A stretch of DNA of 64,000 bases from Podarcis vaucheri. Taxonomy: Eukaryota. Location: NCBI GenBank assembly GCA_965113315.1, contig OZ220371.1; one strand, written 5' to 3'. The notes under the pieces are model-generated. The model had not been told where the DNA came from. It made no database searches and saw nothing but the letters and a program-made list of their open reading frames with translations. The number at the start of each line of letters is the position of its first letter. The first letter of the stretch is position 1. Below are positions 1 to 13,735 of this stretch, piece after piece. The position numbers were made by a program, and so were the translations under genes.

Positions 1-708
1 TTAGTTTTGGTTTTTGACAGAATTTAGGCCACAACTTTATTGATTACAGTAGATGAGTGGTTGCATAGGCTCTGGTTCGACTAGCTCCCTGCACCCTTGC
101 AAGCAGCGCTGACCCAGGGCACCAGCATAGGTCAGCCAAGGGTGAACACCTGGGTAGACAAAAAGCCGGGAACAGACTATGTTCACCTCCCAAATGCCCC
201 CCTGGACTCAGGCACGGGCACAACTCCCTCTCGGGGGTTGACCAAACCAGTTGAGTCCCTGGATTCCTTTAACGGAATACCCTTCACGTAGGGATGGCGA
301 GACTGTTTTCCCATCCCTATCAGCTGAACCAGTGCCTATCCGCAACCTTACAAGTTTTGACGATTTGCTACTTGGCAGACAAAACCCAAATGGCAACAGG
401 CAATCAGCCAAGTGGGAAAATTCCTGCCGTGCCCCTGTCCCAATGACAGACGACACACAACGGCATAGCAAGGTCAATTGCAAAATGCTCTAAAAATAGG
501 GAGAGGTGGGTGGGTGTTCCAAATGCACGAGCCGAAAGAGAAGCTCTGGGTCACCTGCATGGGTATATATAGGTCCCTCAATCTGTTTAGACTGTGCCCC
601 ATTGGCCAGATTGAACCCAACATCGAGGACCTACCAATCGGGTGTTGTGGCTGATCAATCTTACCCACCCACAACCCAGGTGGTCAGTCTCCAGGTCTCA
701 CCACAACA
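1..708 (-). mobile_element. LTR (Gypsy-like), truncated by the window start; same family as 45630-46512
   Basis: Ends in ctcaccacaaca (minus strand TGTTGTGGTGAG). Minus-strand TATA-like cctatatatacc at ~562-573 and AATAAA at ~36-41. Shares blocks such as ggccacaactttattgatta, ccctggattcctttaacggaat and cttacaagtt with the 45.6-46.5 kb copy. Confidence 0.75.
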
Positions 709-1356
709 CTCTTCTAGGGAGGACACGATTTATCATACATTTAAGTATTGTGACACATTATTTACCTTATTCAGGAGTTTTGAGTCTCTCCGATAACTTT
801 CCCTGCTGCTTGTAAAGTCACAAACCCTTCCCATAACCTATAGCTTAAGGAAACCTACATATCATGAAGACAATGTTTTCAATTAATTTTTTATGGAAAA
901 AATGTCACAGCAACCACATTGCTTATTCAGTCGCATACTATTCTAACTGTAAATGTCTACTGCAAAACAGCATGCGACACCAAAATCCAGATGTGGAATT
1001 TAACTACCACAGGAACTATTTCAAATAAGTGCAGTATCAACATCTTTAACATTCCAGAGTCATATCCAGGACATTGATTGCTTCTGACGCATGATATGGA
1101 AGACACAGAAACCATTTCACAGAACATTAGCTGTTCCGTTCACATTGCTGCTATCATTATCACTGTAGTGATTTTTTTAAAAAATGGAGATACACATTTG
1201 CTTCTGCTTTTTCAATCTCTTGATTAGATCAGAATATGCACAAAAATGTGCAAACTATTTGGCACGCAGAATGCCACATAATGAAATATAATGAGGTTAC
1301 CAGTGTGACATGGCCCCAAAACTGAGGCTTAATTCTTTAATGCTACCCAACAACGA

Positions 1357-1652
1357 AGGATGGGGAAGAAATGTGATTCAGTTTGCATTCAAAGCCAAAT
1401 ATATTAAATTTGGCTTTCTGAAACATTATGAAGACCAAAATGCAGCCATCCTTCAAAGTTAACATTATCCAAATTTTGTGATGCAGTCCTCCAACCAAGC
1501 AATGTTTACAGTAGTATATACTTTAGGCTGGAATGTGCATTAAAAAGAATGTATTGGTTAAAAAATCGCTTCAGAAATGCAGAGAAATGAATTTATGATT
1601 GGGGAGAAATGAGAAACTAGGAGAACCAAAATTAACAATTTCTTCCACCCTA
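1357..1652 (+). mobile_element. Old non-autonomous DNA-transposon-like repeat; further copies at ~59937-60326, ~60606-60780 and ~63600-63856 (minus)
   Basis: Shared terminus (ag/tag)gatgggg..aaat.tgattcagtt..catt.aaag in all four places, and an approximately inverted right end ttcttccaccct. Superfamily not determined. Confidence 0.55.
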
Positions 1653-2449
1653 CTGCCAGCCAAACCAGAAAATTAGCAAACATAAATGGAATTAAGGATC
1701 ATAGAATGTTGATGCTGATTGTCCTAGATTACTTTTCAGATGTGAAGTTAATGCACTAGAAAACAAAAGGCAAGAAGAAATAGTAACATATTTACAGTGG
1801 GATGTGTACCTGGTAAATTAAGATGCATTAGATTTAATTTATAATCTTCTCTCAAAGCAAGTTGGTTAAACTTTTTTTGGTCTGAGGGATGCATTCCCTG
1901 TTTGCCTGGTAAGCAGGGGGCTGGAGGGCCACTGGCAATAGCTTGGCAGTTGGATCTGGGCCACGGATTTGCCACGTTTGTGTTAAATACTTTCGCAAAA
2001 ACTTCATTCAGTGTTTCCAGTTGGGTAAAGAATCTCCAGTTTTTCAGCGATACATCAGTTCTTGACACCATGGCAAGAGTGTTAATCAGATCAACATTTT
2101 GTATTATGACATAGAAGTAGATGAACACGTTGTATTTTTCACAATCCAATCATACTGTTGCTCCCATGAGATCTTGTGAGATCTAGCTGGAAGCCGCCAC
2201 TGAAGCCCAATCTCTGTAATTGAGGCTTTGGCAGGGTGGGTGGCACCAATTTAATCTCAGGTGTATAATTAAGATAATTGTCACTGTGGAGTTTATTGCT
2301 AAATACCTACTTTGAGAGGTGGCTTTATTCCTATTGGTCGTCTAAAACACATCAAAATCCTATCCTGTATGTGTTTGAAATAATATGAGTATGATTTTAG
2401 TCTGAAGTCCCTTGCAAACTCAACAAGTGATGTTGATGTTGACATTCCC

Positions 2450-2619
2450 ATTATTTTTATTTATTTATTTATTTATTTATTTATTAAATTTGTAAACAGT
2501 CCTATACCCATAGATTTCAGGGCGGTTCACAATATAAAATTACAATATAAAAAACACAAAGTACATAAGAAAAATAAGGAAAAAAACACAAAACAATAAC
2601 CCCCCTTCCACAAGGGGTT

Positions 2620-2690
<71 letters not shown>
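2450..2690. repeat. (TTTA)n with an L2-like 3' tail fragment, followed by a compound (TC)n(CA)n microsatellite
   Basis: Tandem repeats visible directly. tttattaaattt...cagggcggttcacaa resembles a minus-strand L2 3' end. Confidence 0.7.
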
Positions 2691-2692
<2 letters not shown>

Positions 2693-3849
2693 GCTACACC
2701 ACACTGAGCTCTTGCTGAATATATAGAGATTGCATAGTAGCCATGACTGGTGGCTGCACCATCTACAAACATTTTAAGAACCATGGACTGCTAAATCAAT
2801 AATAGAATAGGCAGTCCAAATTTCAGGGAGCATTTTAGAAATTATGGAAGCTTTTTGTTAAATTGCTCTGCAATAACTGCTTCATTTGATTTACAGCTTC
2901 CCCCCTTATTGTCCTATCCATTTTTTGATTGTCACAATTATTCCTATGCAGCAAAAAGGGACTCAAAAGTAAAGGATGAGAAGCTCCTAAAGTCTTAGAC
3001 TTTCATTTTTAGAAATTTAGAGTTTAATGTGCTCCAGCTCTGAAGCTTCACTGGGTCATGTGTAACTTATTTGATTTGTTCTGCGTATCATTTATTTAAA
3101 TTCTCCTTAAATGAAAACTTGGATACAAGTAGTTGGCAGAAACAAAAGCATGAAGATATGGGATACTAAGCAATCAAAAGCTCTCTTTTTTTCTGCTAGT
3201 GTGCGTTACTATAAACACTGATGCTAAGATTTTTACCACACTGTATTTTTTGTCATTGTGCCAATTTAGGCATTACACTTCACGTGCACACAGTCTGTCC
3301 AAGCTGTCCCTGAATATGTGCTCCTGTATACAACCGTAGTGTATAAAACCAGGTGAACACAGTAACTGACAAACGGCAGCTACTAGGATTGCATAAACTT
3401 GATCAAATGCCTCCATGAACATAACAGTTGATGCAGGTCATAACACATTCATTCAGTTCTGCACTGCAGTGGAGCATACAGGGAATGCCAAGATGGTTTC
3501 TGAGGTCAGAGAGTATGAGTGTATATAATCTATTGCAAAAGAGTGCCCGTTTCAGATAAGGTTGGCAGGGCGCCTGTGAAGGCAGGGAGACTTAGGCACA
3601 CCAGGGAAGGCAGCTATGATATGAATTGATCTGCCTTTCCCAGAACCTATGGGAGCTGGGGGGAGAAGTGGAGAACCATCAACCACTTTTTTGAAAAGTT
3701 ATTGAATCCTTGGAGTCCTAAATTAGTGGAAGGCTCATTTGGAGAAGCCTGGAGTAAGCAAAAATGTAGCATTCTTGTCCTATGATGGTGGCAGGAAGCT
3801 GCTGTCAGACCCATGTTCCATCTACCTCAGTATTTGCTTACATTGGTTG

Positions 3850-3965
3850 ACAGAGACCCTCCAAGGTTCCAGATAGGAAGACTCTCCCAACCATACCTGG
3901 AGATGCTGAGGAATGAACCTGGGACTTTCTGCATACAAAGCAGATGTTCTACCACTGAGCTTATT
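3850..3965 (-). mobile_element. Degenerate tRNA-head SINE; related pieces at ~25950-26260, ~42995-43235 and ~63330-63490
   Basis: gaacctgggactttctgcatacaaagcagatgttctaccactgagct reads on the minus strand as a tRNA-like A box (agctcagtggtaga) and B box (ggttca). Confidence 0.6.
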
Positions 3966-4398
3966 GTGCTTCCCAACAGTTTCAAGAGAGTGGGGAAGAA
4001 ACAGAAATATAATAACGGAAGGTTTTCAAGCAGTTTCCCAGCTGTTGTCTACAGAAAATATAATAGATCACAAAGAACTAGCAAACCAGAATGCTGGTAT
4101 GCAGTGTATAAACATTTAATAGTACCTAACATAGGGCTTCCCATGTGTTTTGTTACTTTTATTATTAAAAGTAAAGCTACACACACACAAGATACCATTG
4201 TCTAGTCCTGTTCAGGAGAGGCAGCACTGAAAACCAAAGGGCATGCTAGACAGTTAGTGACAATCCTTTCTGCATAATGTAAAGCAATTAAGGTCATTTA
4301 TTTTATGTTGTCTGGTGGATCTCAGCTAACGGTGTAGTAGTCTGTGTACATATCCATTCACAACTACATGCAGGAAAGAGGAAGAACAGAACTATGAG

Positions 4399-4400
<2 letters not shown>

Positions 4401-4450
<50 letters not shown>
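4401..4450. repeat. (TA)n microsatellite
   Basis: Direct tandem repeat. Confidence 0.95.
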
Positions 4451-4453
<3 letters not shown>

Positions 4454-5311
4454 CATGTGGGCTCAGAAGACAAACATCAATTTCATATCCCAGACACCAT
4501 CCTAATACAAATGACCTAAACTCCAGTATTTTCCATGTGTACTTTTAAACTCTGTCTTCTCCCTGCTGTGCTCTGGAAATTGCTAGTGTATAACACAAAT
4601 AAACATCAACCTTCTCTGAAGTTATTGTCATGAAACCCTCCAGAAGGCTGGGATACTTTCTCTGCAGATCTCAGAGCAGAGCAGCAGGCATCTCCCTTTG
4701 TTGACAATGCAGTTTGTTTCCAAATCTCTCAGCACGCTTCTTTTTCAGCCACTTGTTCTTGAAACTTGAACCAGAACTAGTGCGTGCAATTAATTTTAAA
4801 AGGGCGTGCTGACTGGTTGGGAAGGAGTTGATGGAGGTTCCTTGGTGTTATTGACGCCATGTGTGATGGGCTATATGAAACCTCTCGGCATTCAGAAACA
4901 AGATATTTTCACATATTGCAATTTTGTACAACCAAGTGGGTGGTCGCATACATGCTCCTTAGTTTTCTTCATGAATTGAAATGTTGTGCATGTAGTGGAG
5001 GGAGGAGACTGAATTTACCCTTAGCAACTATGGACTGAATGGCATCACAGTAAAATATGATAAGATTTCACAATCCTGAGCATCTAATCAGAAACAAGAT
5101 TTACACCTTTGAAAGAGTTTTCTTTCTTCCTACGGTAATTTTTCACAATTCTGTTAAAGACCTCCTTCAATACATTTTTCATGCATCTGGAAGAGAAACA
5201 GTCCTTTAGCTGTGTATATCTGAATATATATGAAGCGAAGCAGGCCCAGTTGAGGTTGTGTCTAGATTAGTGACTTTTTAAGGAACTAGATGCATGTTGC
5301 TTAGGATTCCC

Positions 5312-5378
5312 GGAAGGAAGGAAGGAAGGAAGGAAGGAAGGAAGGAAGGAAGGAAGGAAGGAAGGAAGGAAGGAAGGA
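5312..5378. repeat. (GGAA)n microsatellite
   Basis: Direct tandem repeat. Confidence 0.95.
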
Positions 5379-6084
5379 TATAAATGCACTTAAATAAAAA
5401 CAATATCCAACACAAAATATAATATTTTTTTGGGAAAAGTCATTTTCTTTCTTATCTTTTCTTATCCTTCTTATCCAAAGTGAACTCTGAAGAATCCAAA
5501 TACAATGATCTGGTTAGATTTTTGTTTATTCTTCTTTACTAATGTCCTCTACTAATTATCTCTTTTTTCATTATGGGACATTGTATTAGACTGTATCGTT
5601 GTTGCATGATTTAAATTTTCTTAAAAGAAAAAGTACCAAAGGAGTATTATTCCTGTTCTTACCTAATATCCATGGAGTTACTAATCAATGATGTGTCATG
5701 TTTACAAGATGGGTCTCTAAGCAAACCTTTCCAGCAAAAATCTATTATTTTTAAAAGTAATGGTTACATCCCAGTTGTTCTGGAATTCATTATTGGAAAT
5801 GGAGTTGTGCCCTGTTTAATCTATCAGTGGCACCCAAAATTATTTCAGCTGTTCAAAATCTTGATAAACAACATTTCATGAATCTGAGGAAAAATAGTGT
5901 GCAGAATGTTCATGAGTCATCATTATCAACTATTCTACTGCCAATGTTATATTATGGCTAATTATGTAAAACCCATAGAGCTTTTCCCAAGCCCATTTCC
6001 CTACAGCTTGATGGTGATGATGATGGTGGTGATGATGATTTTTACACCAGGCATTTTTTAAAAGAAAATAAAAACCCTGCCTAC

Positions 6085-6152
6085 TGAAATGACCTCCCCA
6101 GGGCACAAGTCTGGGCAGTGTGTATGTAGGTCCTGGGCTGCCCAGATGACAA

Positions 6153-6191
<39 letters not shown>

Positions 6192-6560
6192 TTGGTCTCA
6201 CTGATGTGGTCCAAAGGAAAGGAAAGCAATACATTTGGCACCAGCTTGCTGCCATTGTTGTTAGAAGGAAGCATACAAGGCAGCACTCAACCGTCTTAGG
6301 GACTCCACTCTGGATTTGTGTAAGGTTTACTCCTTAGACTTTTATCTCCCAAATATATCCCACAAGGCAATGCAAGCTTAAAACCATTGTTTTCCTTCTC
6401 CTAGGTAAGCTACCTTCCCAGGTGGATGAGCCCCTCATATCCCTCTACAGTATGTGCAGAACCCGCCTTCTTGACTGTTGGTCCCACTATTAGTCTTGTC
6501 CATTCAATCTGCTGGAGCCTGTTTTTGCCTCCATGGGAAGTCCCTAACCAAGGAATACTC
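6085..6560 (-). mobile_element. Interspersed repeat, probably an RTE-related 5' region or non-autonomous derivative, with an internal (CA)n; second copy at 53070-53460
   Basis: Collinear similarity with 53070-53460 (ccccagggc.caag..tgggca.tgt, ccaaaggaaag, tttggcaccagctt, cttagggactccactctggat). Family and strand assignment are from recall. Confidence 0.6.
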
Positions 6561-6634
6561 AAGGCTGAAAGATAAGGGGTAGTTCCTGTGTTCCAAACAG
6601 AGTAACAATCAGAATTCAGGCTTGATAACATTCT

Positions 6635-6775
6635 CCAGAGGAGGTGGAGAACCTGGGGCTCTGCAGATATTAGAGGATTTCAACTCCCATCTGCCACAGC
6701 TAGCACAACAAATTGTCAGGCATGATGGGAGTTGTAGTCCCAGCAGCTTCTGGAAGGTCACCAGTTCCCCACTCC
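6635..6775. mobile_element. Palindromic MITE (aactcccat...atgggagttgtagtcc family); other copies at ~25505-25640, 26009-26135, 31652-31789, 58055-58190 and 62265-62405
   Basis: Internal inverted repeat. The 31652-31789 copy has TIRs cagccttcccca / tggggaatgctg. Confidence 0.7.
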
Positions 6776-9189
6776 TATTTTGCAGGGTCAGAGACTGATA
6801 CCCCTCTCTGCAAAAGGACAAAAACTAATTAAATTATCATTTGCTAAACCCCTTCAAATAGGATAGCATTGGGTTTTCATTTTATCCTTCTTCAGAAGCC
6901 ACTTCTGGGGATTTTCCCCAATCTGGACCACTTTACTGGGAGAAATCCTTGAGACCCTCAGAAAATCTTTTCACACCATGTTTTAAAGCTATTTTAAAGG
7001 AACATTTGTTCACATCTGCCAATATTCAGGGACATATAAAAAACAGAAGTTGTTAAGATTTATGAAAGATGATGACTTCTTACTGAACATTCACCTTGAC
7101 TTTTTATGAGCTCATATTTATTAGTTAGTGAAACCAGGTGCATTTCCAATTGTGAGGGTTTTACTTCAACTGGTAAATTTTAGTGTCACATATAAAATTA
7201 TAGATTCATATTGAGTTGCCAGGGTAATTGACATCTGTCTTTACCAAAGTCTTCAGCACTCTTCACTTTGAACTACATAGCTGACTTGTATTAATATAGC
7301 ATTAACCTTATCTGATTTTACTTACTAAAATGTTGTAAAATCACTACCAGGGTGGGTTTGGAACTGGTTATAGTCCACATTACATTTTGTACTTCTTGTC
7401 ATTTTAAACTTATATTTTGTGCATATCAGTTTCATTGCAATGTGCACTTTTGACTGTACTTTTGCAGTTTATAGACTATATTTTTCAGTTCTGTGTGGAC
7501 TGTAATTTTTTTTTTCAGTTCTGGGAGTTTCAGTGTTTTGTCCATGCAATTATTTTTCCATCTGAGCCATTGCTACTGATGGCCATACTAGAGCAACCCT
7601 TTAACACTGATAGTTGGCTTGCATTACATCACCTTATGGAACCATGCAGTTCTTCATTCAGACAAACTTGGCTTCTGTGAGCAGGAAAACATAAATAAGA
7701 CTGAGAACATGCATAACTGGTTGCTGGATTGAAGTTGTAAATAGTGCCTGCTGCATTCCGTGCCCTTTCCAATCTGTCCAACAGCATCTTGACATGGAAA
7801 ATATGCATTCCATTATAATGGCTCACTGTATCATTCTTCCTGATATAGTAGGTTACAACACGGAGAAAGCTGTGCAGGACTTTTTTGAGGATTTTTTTAA
7901 AGCTCAAAAATTACACTTTCATCATCCTACAATCCTATCATGATCCTGACCCAGTGCAGCAGCCAGGATTCTGGCATGGAGGAGCTGGACTAGAAGGAGC
8001 AGGGATGTAAGCAACAGTGGTGCTCGACCCAGACTCATGACCTGGGAACAAGCCTGAACCAGATGTGTCAACAAGGAGGCCCAGAAAAACCTGAACTAAG
8101 ACTGGCATAGACAACACTCTCTGTGATAGAGTGTCTTGAAGAACTGCCCCTTTCTACACCAAAAGCCTTATGCTCCCCATGCACATATGAGGATAAGGGG
8201 TGGAGGAGGCTTGCTTGAACACACCAATCCGTGACCACACTGTGAGCATTTGCATGTTCCTGAACATTCCTGAACATTCCTATTGTACCTAGCCTGCTTT
8301 CTGATATGGCAAGTTTCATTGGGGAACATGAGCTTCACATCAGAGTACTGTGAAAAAGAGGACTACCCATAAGAAAATGGACGTGGTATTGTATGCATGT
8401 GAGCAAACATTCAAGTGACTTTGGATGAGCCCTAAGTCCTGTTCATGAGAAAGTAATCAGCTGTACTGGCTGCAGCAGGAAATAACGGCATTGGAAACAA
8501 TGACCCATTCTCCTTTGGCTTGTTCATCTCTCTGTTGTCCAGGTAGCTTTACTTTTAATTATTTCCTTCCTCCTAAGACACAGCTGTCATTACCATTCAG
8601 TTGCAGCTACCATTTTCACATCTGCTAGACTCCTCCTTTCAAGCACCATACGTCCCCCCTTCAACCTTTATGAAGAGATTTTGTTTCTTTCTTGTGCAAA
8701 CAGGAGAAACAAACCCAAAAGAACTGAATGGAGTTGAATGAACACATCAGCATACACTGTGGATTACAAGTGACCTGAATTGCTGTTGTTACTGTTGTTG
8801 GTCCCCAGGCTGTCAGTTTTTTCGTGGGAGAGATCCAAGTGTGTGCCAGAAATATACATTTATGCAATTTAAGTAGATTAGAGCACTCCATCACCCTAGA
8901 GAAACAAATTTCTTAAAAACAAACTTCAGGGGGTGAGTGAAGAAAAAGGGGTCATCACTAACCACTGATGCATTCAATAGATATTGAAAAAAGATTACAT
9001 TTCTACACTGTGGGAGTTGTCTTCTCTATACACTACACAGCATCATGGATCTTATACTCAATAGAATAAAAGAGGAGGGGAGTGTGTCTCATCATCATCA
9101 TTTTACAACACCATCACTTTACGGTTTTTCATAAACAGAAAAAAGACGAGTCACTTCCCTGTCCAAAAGGCTCTTACAATCTGGAACAT

Positions 9190-9272
9190 ACAAAAAAATA
9201 ATAATTGCCCAGTAGCACCTTAGAGACCAACTAAGTTTGTTCTTGGTATAAGCTTTCGTGTGCATGCACACT
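9190..9272 (-). mobile_element. Penelope-like element pseudo-LTR fragment, truncated inside the hammerhead core
   Basis: Near-identical to the 31256-31322 sequence. Flanked by the direct repeat tctggaacat (9180-9189, 9273-9282). Confidence 0.8.
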
Positions 9273-10789
9273 TCTGGAACATGTAAGTGTGCAAATTGCT
9301 GATCCTCAGAGTAGACTGAGGAGTGTTGAGAGAGCTGGAAAAGGGGGTTGCTAACTAGAAAGGCAAAATGATACCATCCACATCAGCTTATATGGGGGAT
9401 TAAAAAACAACAGCAACCTACCAGAATCCTGAACACATGAGGTTTCCAATGAAATATTTTTAAGGAACTATTTGGGGTCATGACCATCTCAAATACTTCA
9501 GAACTCATCACATGCAAGGCAAAATTGCCTTAACCATGGAGTGACTGACAACGGATATTCTCCTGCCCTTTAAAGAAAGCAGTCCTCATTCTGTGTATAA
9601 GATCCTAGCAGAGAAACTACATCACTACGATGAAAGTGGGTGTTAAACCGTGCATTTAAAAGACCACTCAGTGACACAAGGAGTGTCAGATGCTCTTGTA
9701 TAAAAACTGAACCAGCATTTTCTGACTAGCCAGCATTTTGTTTCAAAATTATACTTCTGCTCCTGATAAATTTCAATGGAAATGAGACCAATGTAATGTG
9801 CCAAGTAGCATTGCCTTGCCAAACGATGTGAAATGAACGAGGATCAAGGAACATCATCTCTTCAATATGGTTAACCTAGATAACATCTTCCAGACATTTG
9901 CATGAAATTAAAAGGGAGTTAACCTAAACAGAGAGGAGCTGAATCATCTCCAACTTGCAGATATTCCTTGTGAAATGTCACATGTGACCTACAAAGTCAG
10001 TGAAGCACTTAACCATAAAAACTAAAAATGCAAAGAGCTGTGCTTTGACTCAGAATGAAAGACATGTTGAAATAATGGAAAGAAGACCCAGAGAAAGTAC
10101 TTTTGCTCTAAACAAATGCATGTGAGATAGAAGGAAATCAAGTGCAGGAATGGGGTAAAGAGGAGTCAAAATATTATGGATCAGCTGCTGGCAAGTTTAA
10201 TTTAATATTTATATAAGACAATTGTATTGTTATGGGAAGGCTCTGTGTTGCAAGGAACCTGACGGGTGCGGCACTATCTACTCTGTACATGGCACACGCT
10301 TGTGAGATCCCTGTTCCTGCAACATTGTTCTCTGCAGATAGCATTTTCCCCAGAGCAGTGGAAAAAACCTATCCACTTCTACAGAAAAAGCAAAGCAGTG
10401 TAAGCAAGGACACCATTTGGTAATCACTAAGCCTGCTTTCAATGCCCTTAGCTGCTCAGAATCCAGTCTGACCCTAGGTGTATTATTATCAATATTGCCT
10501 AAGGCACCTTGAAGGGTTCTTATGTTACCCTCACCACAACTCTGGAAGGTAGATTAGGCTGAGAGGTAGCCCAAGGTCACCCACTGAGCTTCAAAGGATT
10601 TCAATCTGGTTCTCAGTCCTGGTTCTCAGTCCTAGTCCAACATATTCAGTCATACGTCACATGAGCACAGCTCTCTTCTCTGTCATTTACATGCTCATAT
10701 TGATAAATAAGGAAAGCAAAAGGCAGAGTGTTCAGCCCCTTGGGGGCCCTTAAGCAGAACCCTCAAACTTCAAATGCTGTTGAGGAGGG

Positions 10790-11600
10790 GGCATTCAGCA
10801 CCTCAGCGTACACATATTCCATCTGTACTGTGGGAATTGCTCTGGTTGCTGATTAGCTATTGGGCCATGTTCAAGGTCTTGCTGTAAACATATAAAGCCT
10901 GAACAACTTGAAATCAGGTTACCTGAAAGAGCTTCTGCCCTGAATAGACTTGTGAGATCTATTAGATCATCAGGTGAAATTCTACTCAGGCCATGGCACA
11001 GAATATCATAGGGTGGTGACCCCAAAAAAGGACAGTTTCTGATATTGCCCATACGTTATGGAATGCCCTTCCCTCTGCCATAAGTGAAGCAGCAACCACC
11101 AGTTGCTTCAGATGTCTTGTGATGACTTTACCTTTTTGCCCAGACTTTCCTTGACCCGTAAGATTGTACCATTTCACTTGTTTGACTCTTCTGAATTTCT
11201 GTTTTATTTGCTTTGATATGCTTTTATGTACAGTGGTACCTCGGGTTAAGTACTTAATTCGTTCCAGAGGTCCGTTCTTAACCTGAAACTGTTCTTAACC
11301 TGAAGCACCACTTTAGCTAATGGGGCCTCCCGCTGCCGCTGTGCCACCGGAGCACGATTTCTGTTCTTATCCTGAAGCAAAGTTCTTAACCTGAAGCACT
11401 ATTTCTGGGTTAGCGAAGTGTGTAACCTGAAGCGTATGTAACCCGAGGTACCACTGTAGTTTTATATGGTTATTTCACTGGTTTCAGGTTTTTAAAAATG
11501 TTTTAATGACACATTGTTTGTTTTTTACACTACACCACCTAGAGATTTTCAAAATATAAAGTGGTATATAAATGATTTTATTTTATTCTCTTCATTAAAT
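10790..11600 (+). mobile_element. Old L2 LINE 3' fragment, interrupted by the MITE at 11231-11456
   Basis: Degenerate match to L2 ORF2 C-terminus (ttcaaggtcttgctg..tataaagcc, tggaatgcccttccc), with a 3' tail gtggtatataaatg. Confidence 0.6.
11231..11456. mobile_element. Tc1/mariner-type MITE (~220 bp)
   Basis: TIR cagtggtacctcgggtta / taacccgaggtaccactg with a TA TSD. Confidence 0.92.
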
Positions 11601-13444
11601 AATTTTATGTGCCACTTCACACCATAAATCCATTGAGATAGTGTATATTATAACAGCAGAATAAAACACAACAGCACAAGCTTCACCTCAAATTTGTGAC
11701 AATAAAAAGTATGTTGTTCTTTAAGTGAAGTTGGCTCCACGCAGGTCATTCACACAGCATTCTAGACATTAAACAGTTGTGAGCAGATTCTGAATGAATA
11801 TTCATTTAATTTTTAATTATTATTTTTTTACAGAAACCCCAATGGCAGATGCAGTACCTCTACTAATAAAGAAACAAAAATTAGAATAGCAATGAAGTAT
11901 TACTAGGTTCATGAACACTGCTAACATGGGATCTACAGTCCTCCAAAAGACTAGTGAATATCTATAGTGTGAATGTCTCTCCCATTATTATTTTTTAAAC
12001 TCCAATATGATCTAATTCAAAGAAGCAATCAAATGAACCTACCTGGATCATATCTGCTAGAAGTGCTGGTCAGGAAATTATATCAAGTGATGAATAAATA
12101 TATTTAAAGAACTTTTGCTAAAAACATAAATTTGCTTCACTGTGCTTATGTATGAGCAGAGGATAAATATACTCATCACAGTCATTAGTATTTGAAAGGA
12201 ACTTAGAAATAATCTTGACATTTCTGATAGAGTATATATACTCTAAGACAGAGACAGTTGGGCAGCACCACTGGAGACAAGGAAATTAGCCCCATTTTCC
12301 CTATTATGTGAGGAGATAACATTTGTACAACACTCTCCTAGGAGCTATCCTAGACACATCACTTGGAACCATTTCCCTGGCCTGAAAAGATCCTGCAGGC
12401 AGGAATCAGTCAATTGCACTGACTATAGTTACATGCTCCATAAGTTTATTGCTTTGACTTTGGCAAACCTGAATAACTGGAAAGTTGATAAAGACTCTGG
12501 AAACAGCAAAGTAATTTTTTATTGAGAGTTTTGGCAACAGGATAGGTGTGTGCTTGACAATACATAACGGAGGAAAACAATCTAGCCGCAGACTATGTTT
12601 CCAGCTCATCTGCAGAAGCAGGGAATGCTGTGATTTCTGGAATGCTTGTGGTTAACCTCATAGCACAAATACATTATTCTCCAGGTCCATCCTTCATTAT
12701 GTTGCCCTTTTTTTATGAAACGTGTCCACAAAGTCAACATATGGCCAGCTACTAATCAGCAAGCCGACAAGCCAGCCTTGAATTGTTGTCTTTGGGGCCA
12801 AAAGGAAAGTTCACTTACTCTCCTCCTATAATTTTCCATTTGGGATGTTGTGACCTGCTATGAGATAAGAACCCCAGTCCTTCTTGTAATTCAAACAGCC
12901 TGTATACACATGCATTAATGTTAGATGTCATGCAAATATCTCATGGTGCAAATAATCTACAAATCCTTGCAACAGCAATTTGCTCTGAACAGTAACATTC
13001 TTTCAAGGTTTTGATGGATCACTGTACCTAATTTCAGACCCGGCAAAATAAAAACAAAACTTGGAAACGAAGCAATGTGACAAGGAAAACAAAAACAATG
13101 AGCTGCTGTAAAGCCACTGGAATATATTTAGTCTGTCACAGCCAAATTGAACATGAAAGTACTGATCCAAATTGTGTACCAACATACAACACAACAAGAG
13201 GAACAAAATCACTTCTGTTGTTTCTCTGTGTCTGGCTGTACAGATACTACAAATGCATATCCGACTTATAAAACATGTCATAGGTTCTTCAAAAGAATCC
13301 TTGGCATTGGAGTTTGGTGCTGATGCAGACAATTTTGTTACCAATCACAACCCTTCATGAAAGAAATTCAGATCCTTAGAGAAGCTTGAGAGTGTTCCTA
13401 TGCTTAAGGTGAGTATAAAAAAACAAGGTTCCATCATTATAAGC

Positions 13445-13735
13445 CAGAGTGAGGAACTTCAGGTCTGGGGGCCAAATGTGGCCCTCTTTTCCTCTTTATT
13501 TGACCCTCAGAACTGTCCCCAAACCATACCTCATCTCCTCAGGCCAAACTCCGTACATCACACTAGCTGATAATGACTGTTGCTTGTCTGGATGGAGGCT
13601 ATAGGGCTGTTTGAATATGTATACAAAGGTGTAGAAAGATCAACTTTACATCCATTGCTCCAACCACTTTGTTTCTTAACCTGCCTGCCACTGGGATGTA
13701 GCCCTTCAGCTGAAATGGCCATCCATCCCTGCTTA
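13445..13735. mobile_element. Old hAT-like MITE; a similar element lies at ~29195-29507
   Basis: Degenerate termini cag.g.t..ggaac..ggggccaaatgtggccc ... catccctg, typical of hAT non-autonomous elements. Confidence 0.5.

Noticed and set aside
1748-2149. 133-aa minus-strand ORF, faintly hAT-transposase-like (QNVDLINTLAMVSRT)
   Set aside because: Similarity is too weak to support, and there are no convincing splice sites or TIRs.
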